Shown piece by piece: positions 10,548-20,467 of a stretch of DNA of 64,000 bases. The DNA is from Candidatus Velthaea sp. Its GTDB lineage: Bacteria > Vulcanimicrobiota > Vulcanimicrobiia > Vulcanimicrobiales > Vulcanimicrobiaceae. The notes under the pieces are model-generated. The model did no database searches, was not told the DNA's origin, and saw only the letters and a program-made list of their open reading frames with translations. Position numbers and translations under genes: made by a program. Each line of letters opens with the position of its first letter. Position 1 is the first letter of the stretch. The stretch is from contig CBDCCS010000010.1 in NCBI GenBank assembly GCA_965214935.1, positions 234,105-298,104 of the forward strand. Reading direction: 5' to 3'.

Positions 10548-11277
10548 GCGCCGCGCGACGGTAACGCTGGCGGCGTCGGCCGTCATTGCCGCCGCGCTTG
10601 GGGCGTGCACCGCCGCGCGGCACAGCGTATCGGCAGCAGCGCCGGTGGCTCCGGCGGTGCAACTTGCCGTTCTGGGCGACAGCTTGGCGTTCGGCACCGG
10701 GGCCGGCGATTCGTCGGGCGGGTTTGCCTTTCGCATCTACCGGTCGCTCGCGCTCGCGCGGCCGGGCAGTGAGATCACGAACACCGCGATCGGCGGCAGT
10801 ACGGCCGCCGATGTGCTGCGACTGCAAACCGGCCGTCTGCACGAGCGGCGCTTCGATTTGGTGCTGCTGTGCGTGGGCGGGAACGACGTCGTTCGCGGCA
10901 CGCCGACGGCAGTGTTCGCACGGGAGTATCGCGGCTTATTGAGTGTCATTCGGCGCACGGCGCCGGCCGCGGCACTCGTCGCCGTCGGCGTTCCCGACGT
11001 CTCGATCAGTCCGTTATTTGCCGACCATGCTGTCGCCGTCCGCCGCCTCGCGCAGGCCGATGATGAGGCGGCGCGGACCGCCGCGAATGCGGCCGGTGCC
11101 GCTTACGTCGATTTGTTCAACTTCACGCGACGCGTTCGCGACCCGGCCGTCTTTCTTTCGGCCGACCGGTTCCATCCTTCGGATAGCGGACACGCGCAAA
11201 TCGCCGCGCAAGCGCTGCCCGTCGTCGAAGCAGAGCTTGCGCGCCGCATGCCGGTAACGCTACGCAAACCGGGTTGA
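10522..11277 (+). CDS. SGNH/GDSL hydrolase, probable lipoprotein
   Basis: GDSL, GGND and DRFHP blocks; lipobox-like LGAC; exact start uncertain. Confidence 0.88.
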   Translation: MPTVHLSRRRRATVTLAASAVIAAALGACTAARHSVSAAAPVAPAVQLAVLGDSLAFGTGAGDSSGGFAFRIYRSLALARPGSEITNTAIGGSTAADVLRLQTGRLHERRFDLVLLCVGGNDVVRGTPTAVFAREYRGLLSVIRRTAPAAALVAVGVPDVSISPLFADHAVAVRRLAQADDEAARTAANAAGAAYVDLFNFTRRVRDPAVFLSADRFHPSDSGHAQIAAQALPVVEAELARRMPVTLRKPG

Positions 11278-11352
11278 CGGCGTGCCGCGTGCGGGCGTTA
11301 GCATTGTGCAACGACGGGTTCACTTTGCGCGACGCGATCCGATAATGCAAGC

Positions 11353-11667
11353 ATGAAAGATCGCTCGTTCGCCGACTTTATGGTCGGCGCGCTGGCCTGC
11401 ATATCGCTGCTCGGATTTTATGCCGTTTTGCGCGATGCGGATGCCGCTTACACCGAACGCCGGCGCATCGCGGCCGCCCGCTGGGCGTTACCACGTAAAC
11501 GCCGTCGGCGCCGGACGCCCGAAGATCTGTGCCGGCACTGCGGCGGCAGCGGCGCGTGCGATGCCTGCGGCGACCAAGCGTGCCGCATCTGCCGCGGTAA
11601 CGGGTTACAGCCGCGCGACGAGGCGCTCGTGACGCGGCTGAGCCTCATGTGGGACGGCGTGAGCTAG
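11353..11667 (+). CDS. Small membrane-anchored protein with DnaJ-like zinc-finger motifs
   Basis: TM segment, poly-Arg tract, then CRHCGGSG-ACDAC-ACRICRGNG. Confidence 0.65.
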   Translation: MKDRSFADFMVGALACISLLGFYAVLRDADAAYTERRRIAAARWALPRKRRRRRTPEDLCRHCGGSGACDACGDQACRICRGNGLQPRDEALVTRLSLMWDGVS

Positions 11668-11709
11668 CCCGACAAAGTTTTCGTCCCGGCCGGCCGCGAA
11701 GAGCGGCCG

Positions 11710-12591
11710 ATGATGCTTGCATCCTCCCCGTCGGTCGATGCCGTGATGCTCGAAGCGCGTGCGGCCGGTTTTGCGAAACGTTCGTTGAAAAACGAAGCGA
11801 AACGTGAAGCGATCGATCTGGCAATTCGCTGCATCGACTTAACGGCACTCGAAGGTCGCGATACACCCGGGCGCATCCGCTCGCTGTGCGCCAAAGCCGC
11901 TGCGCCGGCACCCGGTGCTCCGCAGGTCGCCGCCGTTTGCGTGTATCCCAATTTCGTCGCCGTCGCCAAGGCGGCGCTGGCCGGAACGGGCGTGCTGACG
12001 GCCTCGGTCGCAACGGCCTTTCCCAGCGGATTGTCGTCGCTCGACGTGAAGCTGCGCGACACCGAATACGCCTTGAGAGCCGGCGCCGACGAAATCGACA
12101 TGGTCATCGATCGCGGTGCATTTCTTGCCGGCGACGAGCGGCGCGTGTTCGATGAGATCGCCGCGGTCAAAGCCGTGTGCGGCGACGTGCATCTCAAAGT
12201 CATTCTCGAAACCGGCGAATTAGGTTCGTACGGCGCAACGCGCCGAGCCGGTGACCTCGCGCTCGAGGCCGGCGCCGACGTTATTAAAACCTCGACCGGA
12301 AAAATCGGCACCTCGGCAACATTGGCGACGGCGCTGGCGATGTCCGAGTCGCTACGCGCCTATTTCACTCGCACCGGACGGCGGCGCGGGCTCAAGATCG
12401 CCGGCGGTGTGCGCACGACCAAGGCGGTCTTACCGTACTTGGTTTTAATCGACGAAGTGCTCGGCGGCGCGTGGCTCGATCCGGCGCTGTTTCGCGTCGG
12501 CGCTTCGGCACTGCTCGACGATCTGCTTTTGCAGCGCGCGAAGATGGGCAGCGGCCGCTACGGTTCGTTCGACTATATTGCAAAGGACTGA
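11710..12591 (+). CDS. deoC: Deoxyribose-phosphate aldolase (long type)
   Basis: IDLTAL, GADEIDMV, LKVILETG, IKTSTGK, KIAGGV and RVGASAL. Confidence 0.93.
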   Translation: MMLASSPSVDAVMLEARAAGFAKRSLKNEAKREAIDLAIRCIDLTALEGRDTPGRIRSLCAKAAAPAPGAPQVAAVCVYPNFVAVAKAALAGTGVLTASVATAFPSGLSSLDVKLRDTEYALRAGADEIDMVIDRGAFLAGDERRVFDEIAAVKAVCGDVHLKVILETGELGSYGATRRAGDLALEAGADVIKTSTGKIGTSATLATALAMSESLRAYFTRTGRRRGLKIAGGVRTTKAVLPYLVLIDEVLGGAWLDPALFRVGASALLDDLLLQRAKMGSGRYGSFDYIAKD

Positions 12592-12592
12592 G

Positions 12593-14113
12593 ATGGCGAA
12601 TTCACTTTCCGATGCAGCAGTAAATCTATCCGGTTTGCGGCTTGCCTCGCGTCTTCGCTACGCGCCGGCGCTCGAATCGACACCGGTTCGCATCGACGAA
12701 AGCTACGGGCACTTCATCGGCGGCGAGTGGCAGGCATCGGCGGACGGCGGGATGTTTGCGACGATCGATCCATCGTCCGAAGAACCGCTGGCGCAGATCG
12801 CCCAGGGATCGGCGGCGGATGTGGACCGCGCGGTTCGCGCTGCCCGCGCGGCCTACGAGCGCTATTGGCGCCCGCTGCGCCCCGCCGACCGCGCCAAGTA
12901 TATCTATCGCATCGCTCGCGCGATCACCGAGCGGTCGCGCGAACTCGCCGTCGTCGAGACCATGGACGGCGGCAAGCCGATTAAAGAGTCCCGTGATTTC
13001 GACATCCCGCAAGCCGCCGCGCACTTCTTTTATTATGCGGGTTGGGCGGATAAACTCGCCTGGGCATTACGCGCCGGCCGGCAACCCGAACCGCTCGGTG
13101 TCGTCGGCGCGATCGTTCCGTGGAATTTCCCGTTGCTCATGGCCGCCTGGAAAATCGCGCCGGCGATCGCTTGCGGGAATACAATCGTCCTCAAACCCGC
13201 CGAAACGACGCCTCTGACGGCACTGCTGCTGGCGCAAATTTGCCAGGCCGCTGACTTGCCGCCCGGCGTCGTCAACGTCGTTACCGGCAACGGCACGACC
13301 GGTGCGGCGCTGGCGTCGCATCCGGGCATCGACAAAGTTGCTTTTACCGGTTCGACTGCGGTCGGCAAAACGCTGCGACGCAAGTTGGCCGGAACGGCGA
13401 AGCGCTTAACGCTCGAACTCGGCGGTAAATCGGCAAATATCGTACTGGCCGATGCGCCGCTGGATCAAGCCATCGAAGGCGTCGTCAACGGCATCTATTT
13501 TAACCAGGGTCATGTGTGCTGCGCCGGTTCGCGCTTGTTTGTCGCCGAAAGCATTCATGACGAAGTCGTCGCGCGCTTACGCCAGCGAATCGAAACGCTC
13601 AAAGTCGGCCCTCCGCTCGATAAAAATACCGACATCGGCGCGATCAACTCGGCCGCGCAGCTGGCAAAGATCGAGGCGCTGGTGCAGAGCGGGATCGACG
13701 AAGGTGCCGAGCTGGTCACCCAGTCTTGCGCGTTGCCCGCACGCGGCTATTACCATCGCGCGTCGTTTTTCACCGGCGTTTATGCCGCACAGCAGATTGC
13801 GACCGAAGAGATCTTCGGGCCGGTGCTCGCAATTTCGACGTTCCGCACCGCCGACGAAGCGATCGAACGCGCGAACAACACGCGTTACGGCCTGGCGGCC
13901 GGCGTGTGGACCGATTCCGCTGCGCAAAGCGCGTACGTCGCCGCGCGTCTGCGGGCCGGCGTCGTCTGGTGCTCGACGTTCAATCAATTCGATCCGGCTG
14001 CAGCATTCGGCGGCTACCGTGAAAGCGGATTTGGTCGTGAAGGCGGCGTCGCAGGACTCGAACCGTATTTGACTTCGCAACCGCCCCAAAGCCAGGGGTC
14101 GTCTAAGACGTAA
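12593..14113 (+). CDS. Aldehyde dehydrogenase (ALDH16-like catalytic part)
   Basis: PWNFP, FTGST, LELGGKS, NQGHVCCAG (catalytic Cys) and EEIFGP; starts immediately after deoC. Confidence 0.93.
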   Translation: MANSLSDAAVNLSGLRLASRLRYAPALESTPVRIDESYGHFIGGEWQASADGGMFATIDPSSEEPLAQIAQGSAADVDRAVRAARAAYERYWRPLRPADRAKYIYRIARAITERSRELAVVETMDGGKPIKESRDFDIPQAAAHFFYYAGWADKLAWALRAGRQPEPLGVVGAIVPWNFPLLMAAWKIAPAIACGNTIVLKPAETTPLTALLLAQICQAADLPPGVVNVVTGNGTTGAALASHPGIDKVAFTGSTAVGKTLRRKLAGTAKRLTLELGGKSANIVLADAPLDQAIEGVVNGIYFNQGHVCCAGSRLFVAESIHDEVVARLRQRIETLKVGPPLDKNTDIGAINSAAQLAKIEALVQSGIDEGAELVTQSCALPARGYYHRASFFTGVYAAQQIATEEIFGPVLAISTFRTADEAIERANNTRYGLAAGVWTDSAAQSAYVAARLRAGVVWCSTFNQFDPAAAFGGYRESGFGREGGVAGLEPYLTSQPPQSQGSSKT

Positions 14114-14164
14114 GGCGACCGGGCGGCCTGATTCGCTAGGGACCTACACGGGGGAAAACGCAAC

Positions 14165-15433
14165 GTGCAGATGCTCGAACAAGTGCAACTCGATCGGCCG
14201 GGATTGGCGACCTGGTACCGGGCGAACCGCCGGCGTTCGGCTCGGTTGTTTGCCGCCATCGATCCCGCCGTGTTTTACGACGCGCCGATCCCCTTACGCC
14301 ATCCGTTCGTTTTCTACGCGGGCCATTTCCCGGCGTTTTCGTTTATCACGCTGTTGCGCAACGCGCTTGGTGAAGCGTCGATCGACCGCCGGCTCGAAGA
14401 TCTCTTCAACCGCGGGATCGATCCGGATTCGCTTGAAGCGGCACGCAATCATCAGCGTGCCGATTGGCCGGCGCGCGACGCTGTCGCCGCCTTTGCCGCT
14501 GCCTGCGACCAGCGCGTCCTTGCCGCCTACGAACACGCTCGGCTAGACCATCCGGCGAATCCTCAATTAGACCGTGCGCAAGCGGCGTTTACGATTCTTG
14601 AACACGAAGAGATGCATCACGAGACACTGCTTTATATCGTTCACCGGTTGCCGCCCGCTGCAAAACACTTTGCCGCCGGTGCGCATCGCGATGTGGCGGC
14701 GCGTAAACGCGAGCCGGTAGCCATCCCGGCCGGGACGGCAACCCTCGGCGTGGCCCGCGATGCGGTGCCGTTCGCCTGGGACAACGAGTTCGGCGAACAT
14801 ACCGTCGAGGTTCCGGCCTTCGGCTGCGATATCGATAATGTTACCAACGGCGAGTATCTCGCGTTCGTGCAAGCCGGCGGGCCGCCGCCGCCGTTTTGGC
14901 TGGCGGACGGTGCCGGTTGGAATCTCCGGACGCTCGACGATGTCATTCCGCTACCGCTTTCGTGGCCGGTTTACTGTACCAACGCGCAAGCGGCAGCGTA
15001 TACACGCTGGTGCGGCGCGCGACTTCTGACCGAGCCCGAGTACCATCGTGCCGCATACGGCACGCCCGGCGGCGATGAACGCCGGCAGCCATGGGGCGGC
15101 GCAGCCGCCGATCCGGCGTACGGAAATTTCGATTTCAAGCGTTTTGATCCCGAACCGGTCGGCTCGTATCCGGACGGCGCGAGCGCCTGGGGCATCAACG
15201 ATTTGATCGGAAACGGGTGGGAATGGACGTCGACAGCGTTCGCGCCGTTCGCGGGCTTTGCGCCGATGGCATCGTATCCGCCGTATTCCGCCGACTTTTT
15301 CGACGGCGAACATTACGTGATAAAAGGCGCTTCGCCGGTGACGTCGCGCAATCTCGTTCGGCGCAGTTTTCGCAATTGGTACCGGCGCGACTATCCGTAC
15401 ATGTATGCGACGTTTCGCTGCGCCTGGAATTAG
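14165..15433 (+). CDS. EgtB/Egt1-like non-heme iron sulfoxide synthase (DinB_2 + FGE-sulfatase domains)
   Basis: PLRHPFVFYAGH, EHEEMHHETLLY, FAWDNE, GNGWEWT and YSADFFD. Confidence 0.85.
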   Translation: MQMLEQVQLDRPGLATWYRANRRRSARLFAAIDPAVFYDAPIPLRHPFVFYAGHFPAFSFITLLRNALGEASIDRRLEDLFNRGIDPDSLEAARNHQRADWPARDAVAAFAAACDQRVLAAYEHARLDHPANPQLDRAQAAFTILEHEEMHHETLLYIVHRLPPAAKHFAAGAHRDVAARKREPVAIPAGTATLGVARDAVPFAWDNEFGEHTVEVPAFGCDIDNVTNGEYLAFVQAGGPPPPFWLADGAGWNLRTLDDVIPLPLSWPVYCTNAQAAAYTRWCGARLLTEPEYHRAAYGTPGGDERRQPWGGAAADPAYGNFDFKRFDPEPVGSYPDGASAWGINDLIGNGWEWTSTAFAPFAGFAPMASYPPYSADFFDGEHYVIKGASPVTSRNLVRRSFRNWYRRDYPYMYATFRCAWN

Positions 15434-15435
15434 CG

Positions 15436-16125
15436 CTAGGCGAGGCCGAGCAAATTTGCGCGCACCCGTACGATGTGTTCGCGCATCGTGCGGTGCGCTT
15501 CTTCGGTGTCGCGCTGAGCTAAGGCTTCCACGATGTGCCGGTGATCGGCCTGATAATCGAGCCGGCGCGCTGGAGTGAAGCTGCGCTGTTTGAGACTGCC
15601 CCACAACGGTTCGTCACGCACGGCATGCACGACGTGAAAGATGCGCAGTAAAAATTCGTTGTGGGTCGCAACCGCGATCGTTTGATGCAGGCTGCCGTCC
15701 CAGCGCTCGAATTCTTCGGTGGTAACGGCCGATTCGGCCGCGGCGAGACAGTGCTGCATGCGCTCGAGTTCGGTACTCGTCGCGCAACGTGCGGCAAGCG
15801 CGGCAATTTGCGGCTCGAGCATCAACCGGACGTCCATGATCTCCGCGGGACTCGTTGCGCGCGCTATCGGCGTGACGCTTTCAGCGGCGTTGACGAACGT
15901 GCCGCGCCCGACATGCCGGGTAATCCGGCCCTGCGCTTCAAGTACGGCAAGTCCGCGCCGCACGGCCGTCCGTGACACCGCTAAACCGGCAGCTAAATCG
16001 CGTTCGGCCGGCAAGCGCGTCCCGGAACGATAGCGACCGGTTGCGATACCGTCGGCGATGAGCGCAACGATACGCGCTTCGTCGGCCGCCGGATGATCGC
16101 CGGTGCCCGCAATGTGCCAAGCCAA
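15436..16125 (-). CDS. GntR/FadR-family transcriptional regulator
   Basis: RLPAERDLA...VSRTAVRRGL...GRGTFV HTH followed by an FCD domain; start taken as TTG 16125 (uncertain). Confidence 0.92.
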   Translation of the reverse strand: MAWHIAGTGDHPAADEARIVALIADGIATGRYRSGTRLPAERDLAAGLAVSRTAVRRGLAVLEAQGRITRHVGRGTFVNAAESVTPIARATSPAEIMDVRLMLEPQIAALAARCATSTELERMQHCLAAAESAVTTEEFERWDGSLHQTIAVATHNEFLLRIFHVVHAVRDEPLWGSLKQRSFTPARRLDYQADHRHIVEALAQRDTEEAHRTMREHIVRVRANLLGLA

Positions 16126-16134
16126 TGTGAACCA

Positions 16135-16162
16135 ATTATAGCGATTTACAGGGTGCTGTCGA
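16135..16162 (-). promoter_or_regulatory. Putative sigma70 promoter for the FadR-family gene
   Basis: Minus strand TCGACA-16 nt-TATAAT. Confidence 0.55.
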
Positions 16163-16188
16163 GCGTTTGTTTCCGGAAGAAACTTCTC

Positions 16189-16217
16189 TTGACTTACATT
16201 TCTTGCAGAAGTATGCT
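16189..16217 (+). promoter_or_regulatory. Putative sigma70 promoter for the catabolic operon
   Basis: TTGACT-17 nt-TATGCT in an AT-rich intergenic region. Confidence 0.7.
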
Positions 16218-16230
16218 CGACCTGGCGCGT

Positions 16231-16251
16231 ATTGGTACCTATTGGTTCACA
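16231..16251. promoter_or_regulatory. Putative FadR-family operator
   Basis: ATTGGTACCT-ATTGGTTCACA; ATTGGTTCACA has a perfect inverted copy at 16126-16136. Confidence 0.6.
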
Positions 16252-16381
16252 AAGGTTCGATGTAAGTCGGCGTTTCCGGCGTCGCAGCGAGGCCGGCCGG
16301 CAGCGGCGCGCCGCTGCTGAATCGGACGGCGTACATGCGATCGGCTTCCATTGACCGGCTTCCATGCATTCGGAGAACAGC

Positions 16382-17185
16382 GTGCAAGATTCTCGCGCGA
16401 ACGGTCTGCGACTTTCATATCGGCTCGACGGCGCTGCCGGTGCGCCGCTCGTCCTCATTCACGGTTTGGGCGGAAGCGCCGAAGCGACGTATGCAGCCGT
16501 AACGGAGCGCTTGACCGGTTTTCGTGTGCTGACGTTCGACAATCGCGGTGTCGGCGGCAGCGATAAACCCGATGGGCGTTACATGTTGAGCGACTTCGCT
16601 CGCGATACACGCGAACTTATGCGCAGTGTCGGCTGGGAGCAAGCGCATATCGTCGGGCATTCGCTGGGCGGAATGATCGCGCAGCAATTTGCCGTCGACT
16701 TTCCCGAAGCCGCGCTGTCGCTGGTGCTCGCAGATTGTCCGGGCACGCTCAACGCTGCCGGCCGCGCCGGTTTCGAGCAACGTGCGGCGACCGTTGAAGC
16801 CGGCGGCACGGCGGCAATCGTCGACGGCGTTCTTAAAAACGGCATCGGCAGCCAAGCCAAAGAGCGCTATCCTGAACTCGTCGAACGCTTCCGCCAGTCG
16901 CTTCTCGCATCGCCGCCAAAGCCGTATGCCGCAAGCTGCCGTGCCGCAAGCGCACTCGATCTGCTCGATTCCGCAGCGGCGTTTGCCAAACCCGTGTTGG
17001 TGCTGCGCGGCGATCAGGACGGCGGCGTTGCGCGCGAAGCCGCCGAAGCGCTCGCAGCAGCCTTTGGCGACGGCCGCTACCATGAAATTCAAGACAGCGG
17101 ACACAACGCGCCGTTTGAGAACGCGCCCGTCTTCGCCGAACTGATTTCGGCATTCGTGAGCGACCATGCCGGCGCCGCCCGCTGA
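16382..17185 (+). CDS. Alpha/beta hydrolase (3-oxoadipate enol-lactonase-like)
   Basis: LIHGLG, DNRGVG, GHSLGG nucleophile elbow and SGHNAPFE; SD GGAG before GTG 16382. Confidence 0.88.
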   Translation: MQDSRANGLRLSYRLDGAAGAPLVLIHGLGGSAEATYAAVTERLTGFRVLTFDNRGVGGSDKPDGRYMLSDFARDTRELMRSVGWEQAHIVGHSLGGMIAQQFAVDFPEAALSLVLADCPGTLNAAGRAGFEQRAATVEAGGTAAIVDGVLKNGIGSQAKERYPELVERFRQSLLASPPKPYAASCRAASALDLLDSAAAFAKPVLVLRGDQDGGVAREAAEALAAAFGDGRYHEIQDSGHNAPFENAPVFAELISAFVSDHAGAAR

Positions 17186-17970
17186 TGGACAACTCGACGA
17201 CGGTTGCGACCGCCAAAATCGTCCGCGTGCAAATCGGCGACGTCGCGCGCCATGCGTTGCTCGAAGACGCGACACTCTACGAACTGCAGGGCGACCTGTA
17301 TTCAACGTTCGAACGCGGTCCCGCTCTCGGCGATTTGCGCGATGCGCGACTGTTGGCCCCCGTCGTCCCCGGTAAGGTTATTCTCACGGGTTATAACTAT
17401 GCCGGTCACGCGCAAGAACTCAGCAAACAGCAGCCCCAAGATCCGCTGATTTTTCTTAAAGCACCAAGCGCGATCGTCTCCGACGGCGCCGATGTCATTT
17501 ATCCGCGCGACGCTCAAAACGTGAGCTACGAAGGTGAACTCGTCGTCGTCATCGGCCGGCGATGCCGGCGGATCGGTGCGCGGGAAGCTGCGCACTACAT
17601 CCTCGGCTATACATGCGGCAACGATATCACCGATCGTGATTTGCAAAAACGCGACGTGCAATACGCACGGGCAAAGTCGTTCGATACCTTCGGACCGCTC
17701 GGACCGTGTATCGCAACGGGGATCGATGCCGACAACCTGCATATCGAGTCCCGGCTCAACGGCGAAGTGCGCCAGAATAGTACGACGAGTCTGCTCATTC
17801 ATTCACCCGCTAAACTGGTGAGCTGGGCTTCGCAGGTGATGACGCTCGAACCGGGCGACGTGTTATTCACCGGCACGCCCGTCGGCGTCGGTGCCATCAA
17901 ACCGGGCGACCTCATGGAAGTCGAGATTGAAGGCATCGGAGTGCTGCGCAATCGCGTCGTCGCCGAATAA
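17185..17970 (+). CDS. Fumarylacetoacetate hydrolase family protein
   Basis: GYNYAGH, YEGELVVVIG, GYTCGND, AKSFDTF and GDVLFTGTP. Confidence 0.93.
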   Translation: MDNSTTVATAKIVRVQIGDVARHALLEDATLYELQGDLYSTFERGPALGDLRDARLLAPVVPGKVILTGYNYAGHAQELSKQQPQDPLIFLKAPSAIVSDGADVIYPRDAQNVSYEGELVVVIGRRCRRIGAREAAHYILGYTCGNDITDRDLQKRDVQYARAKSFDTFGPLGPCIATGIDADNLHIESRLNGEVRQNSTTSLLIHSPAKLVSWASQVMTLEPGDVLFTGTPVGVGAIKPGDLMEVEIEGIGVLRNRVVAE

Positions 17971-17976
17971 CGTCGC

Positions 17977-19212
17977 GTGCCAACCGTCGTTTTAGCCGGT
18001 ACGCTCGATACCAAGGGCAATGAGTATGCGTACGTCCGCGAGCGGTTACGCGAGATTCATCGCGTCGATACGATCCTCGTCGACGTCGGTATTCTCGGCA
18101 CTGCCGATCCGGCGGCGGATATTTCGCGGGATGAGGTAGCGCGGGCTGCGGGCACGACGACCGCGGCGCTTCGAACCGGCGGCGATCGCGGCACGGCGGT
18201 CGAAACGATGGCCGCCGGACTCGTTCAGATCGTTACCGGTCTGCACGCGCAAGGCCGGCTCGACGGCATGCTCGGACTCGGCGGATCGGGCGGATCCTCG
18301 CTAATCACGCGTGCGATGCGCGCGTTGCCCGTCGGCGTGCCGAAATTGATGGTCTCGACGGTCGCTGCGGGCGACACGCGGCCATACGTCGGTGCCAGCG
18401 ACGTGACGATGATGTATTCAGTGGTTGATATTGCCGGTATCAATTCGGCTTCGGCACGCATTCTCGCCAACGCTGCGGCCGCAATTGCCGGCATGGCGAC
18501 GGCACCGCGTCCCGTCGCCGGTGCTAAGAAGCCGCTCGTCGGCGCTACGATGTTCGGCTTGACGACGCCGTGCGTCACCACCGCCCGCGAACGGCTCGAA
18601 GAACTCGGTTACGAAGTGCTCGTTTTTCATGCGACCGGTACGGGTGGACAAGCGATGGAAGCGCTCGTCCGCAGCGGGTTCATCGATGCGGTGCTCGACG
18701 CTACGACGACGGAGCTGGCCGACGAACTTGGCGGCGGCGTCTTCTCCGCCGGGCCGAACCGGCTCGAGATCGCCGGGCAACTCGGGGTGCCGCAAGTGGT
18801 TTCGCTGGGCGCGCTCGATATGGTCAATTTCGGCGCGCCCGAGACCATCCCGGCGCGCTTCGACGGGCGGACGTTCCTCAAGCACAACGCGACCGTTACG
18901 CTCATGCGTACGACGCCCGCTGAAAACGCCGAGCTCGGCCGCACGATCGCGCGCAAACTCAGTGCAGCCAGCGGCCCGGTAACGCTCTTCATTCCGCTCG
19001 GCGGCGTATCGGGCATCGATCTTCCCGGCCGGCCGTTTTACGATCCCGCGGCCGACGCGGCACTCTTTGCTGCGCTGCGCGCAAATATCGGGGCGAACGT
19101 CAACTTACGCGAGATCGACACCGATATCAACGATCCGGCCTTTGGTTTGGCGCTGGCCGAAGAAGTGCATGAATTGTATACCGCGCGCACGCTGCAAAGC
19201 GCCGCGCCGTGA
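17977..19212 (+). CDS. Tm-1-like ATP-binding domain protein (UPF0261)
   Basis: [42 protein letters not shown] and GALDMVNFG. Confidence 0.9.
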   Translation: MPTVVLAGTLDTKGNEYAYVRERLREIHRVDTILVDVGILGTADPAADISRDEVARAAGTTTAALRTGGDRGTAVETMAAGLVQIVTGLHAQGRLDGMLGLGGSGGSSLITRAMRALPVGVPKLMVSTVAAGDTRPYVGASDVTMMYSVVDIAGINSASARILANAAAAIAGMATAPRPVAGAKKPLVGATMFGLTTPCVTTARERLEELGYEVLVFHATGTGGQAMEALVRSGFIDAVLDATTTELADELGGGVFSAGPNRLEIAGQLGVPQVVSLGALDMVNFGAPETIPARFDGRTFLKHNATVTLMRTTPAENAELGRTIARKLSAASGPVTLFIPLGGVSGIDLPGRPFYDPAADAALFAALRANIGANVNLREIDTDINDPAFGLALAEEVHELYTARTLQSAAP

Positions 19213-20045
19213 CGCGCGCCGACGCGCTCGCGCGCTTGCACGAGCAAATGAATGCCGGGCGGCCCATTATCGGCGCGGGTGCCGGCACCGGGCTGTCGGC
19301 AAAGTGTGCAGAAGCGGGCGGCGCCGATTTGATCATCATCTATAATTCGGGGCGCTATCGGATGGCCGGACGTGGATCGCTCGCGGGCATGCTGCCGTAC
19401 GGCGATGCGAACGCGATCGTCGTCGAAATGGCCGCCGAGGTTCTGCCCGTCGCTCGAAACACGCCGGTACTCGCTGGTGTTTGCGGCACCGATCCATTCC
19501 GGCTCATGCCGGTATTTCTCAAGCAGCTGCGCGAGATGGGTTTTACCGGCGTACAGAATTTTCCGACCGTCGGTTTATTCGACGGTACGTTTCGTCAGAA
19601 TATCGAGGAAACCGGGATGGGATATGCGCTCGAAGTCGAGATGATCGCCGAAGCGCGGCGGCTCGATTTGCTTACGAGTCCGTACGTGTTCAACGTCGAC
19701 GAGGCTCGCGCGATGGCGCAGGCCGGAGCGGACGTGCTCGTGGCACACATGGGCCTCACGACCAAAGGCACGATCGGGGCAACAACTGCCTTACCGCTCG
19801 AAGCGACGCCGGCTCGGATTCAAGCGATTCGCGACGCCGCTGTAGCGATCAAACCGGACGTTATCGTGCTGTGCCACGGCGGTCCGATCGCCGAGCCCGA
19901 CGATGCGGCGTACGTGCTCGACCGCACGACGGGCATCGCCGGATTCTTCGGCGCGTCGAGTATGGAACGGCTGCCGGCCGAAACGGCTTTAACGCAAAAT
20001 ATGCGGCGCTTCAAAGCGATCGGCCGCAACGAGGTACGGGCATGA
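19209..20045 (+). CDS. TIM-barrel protein of the PEP-hydrolase / Tm-1 C-terminal family
   Basis: [42 protein letters not shown] and [13 protein letters not shown]-coupled. Confidence 0.9.
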   Translation: MTRADALARLHEQMNAGRPIIGAGAGTGLSAKCAEAGGADLIIIYNSGRYRMAGRGSLAGMLPYGDANAIVVEMAAEVLPVARNTPVLAGVCGTDPFRLMPVFLKQLREMGFTGVQNFPTVGLFDGTFRQNIEETGMGYALEVEMIAEARRLDLLTSPYVFNVDEARAMAQAGADVLVAHMGLTTKGTIGATTALPLEATPARIQAIRDAAVAIKPDVIVLCHGGPIAEPDDAAYVLDRTTGIAGFFGASSMERLPAETALTQNMRRFKAIGRNEVRA

Positions 20046-20452
20046 GCTGCTGTTCGCCCCACGACCGGCCGACGATGACCTTCGATTGGGGCGCGATCAA
20101 ATGGTTCGTGACGCCCGACCGCGAGCACGCCGCGATGACGTTCGGCGAAGTCATCTTGCTGCCCGGCAAAGGCCACGCGCGTCACAATCATCCGACCTCC
20201 GAGGAGATTTTGTACGTGCTGTCCGGCGAAGGCGAACAAATGGTCGAAGACGCTGCACCGTTCGCAATTAAACCGGGCGACACGATCTATATCCCGACGG
20301 CCGCGTATCATTCGACGGTCAATACCGGCTGGGAACCGCTGCGGCTGCTGGCGACGTACAATCCGGCCGGCGCCGAAGACGCGCTGATCGGGTTGCCTGA
20401 TTACCACGAACTCGCGCCCGGCGAACTCGTGCCGTGGGAACGCGTTCGCTGA
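20042..20452 (+). CDS. Cupin domain protein
   Basis: [20 protein letters not shown] and [17 protein letters not shown]-coupled. Confidence 0.88.
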   Translation: MSCCSPHDRPTMTFDWGAIKWFVTPDREHAAMTFGEVILLPGKGHARHNHPTSEEILYVLSGEGEQMVEDAAPFAIKPGDTIYIPTAAYHSTVNTGWEPLRLLATYNPAGAEDALIGLPDYHELAPGELVPWERVR

Positions 20453-20467
20453 AACGACTTTAGCACG

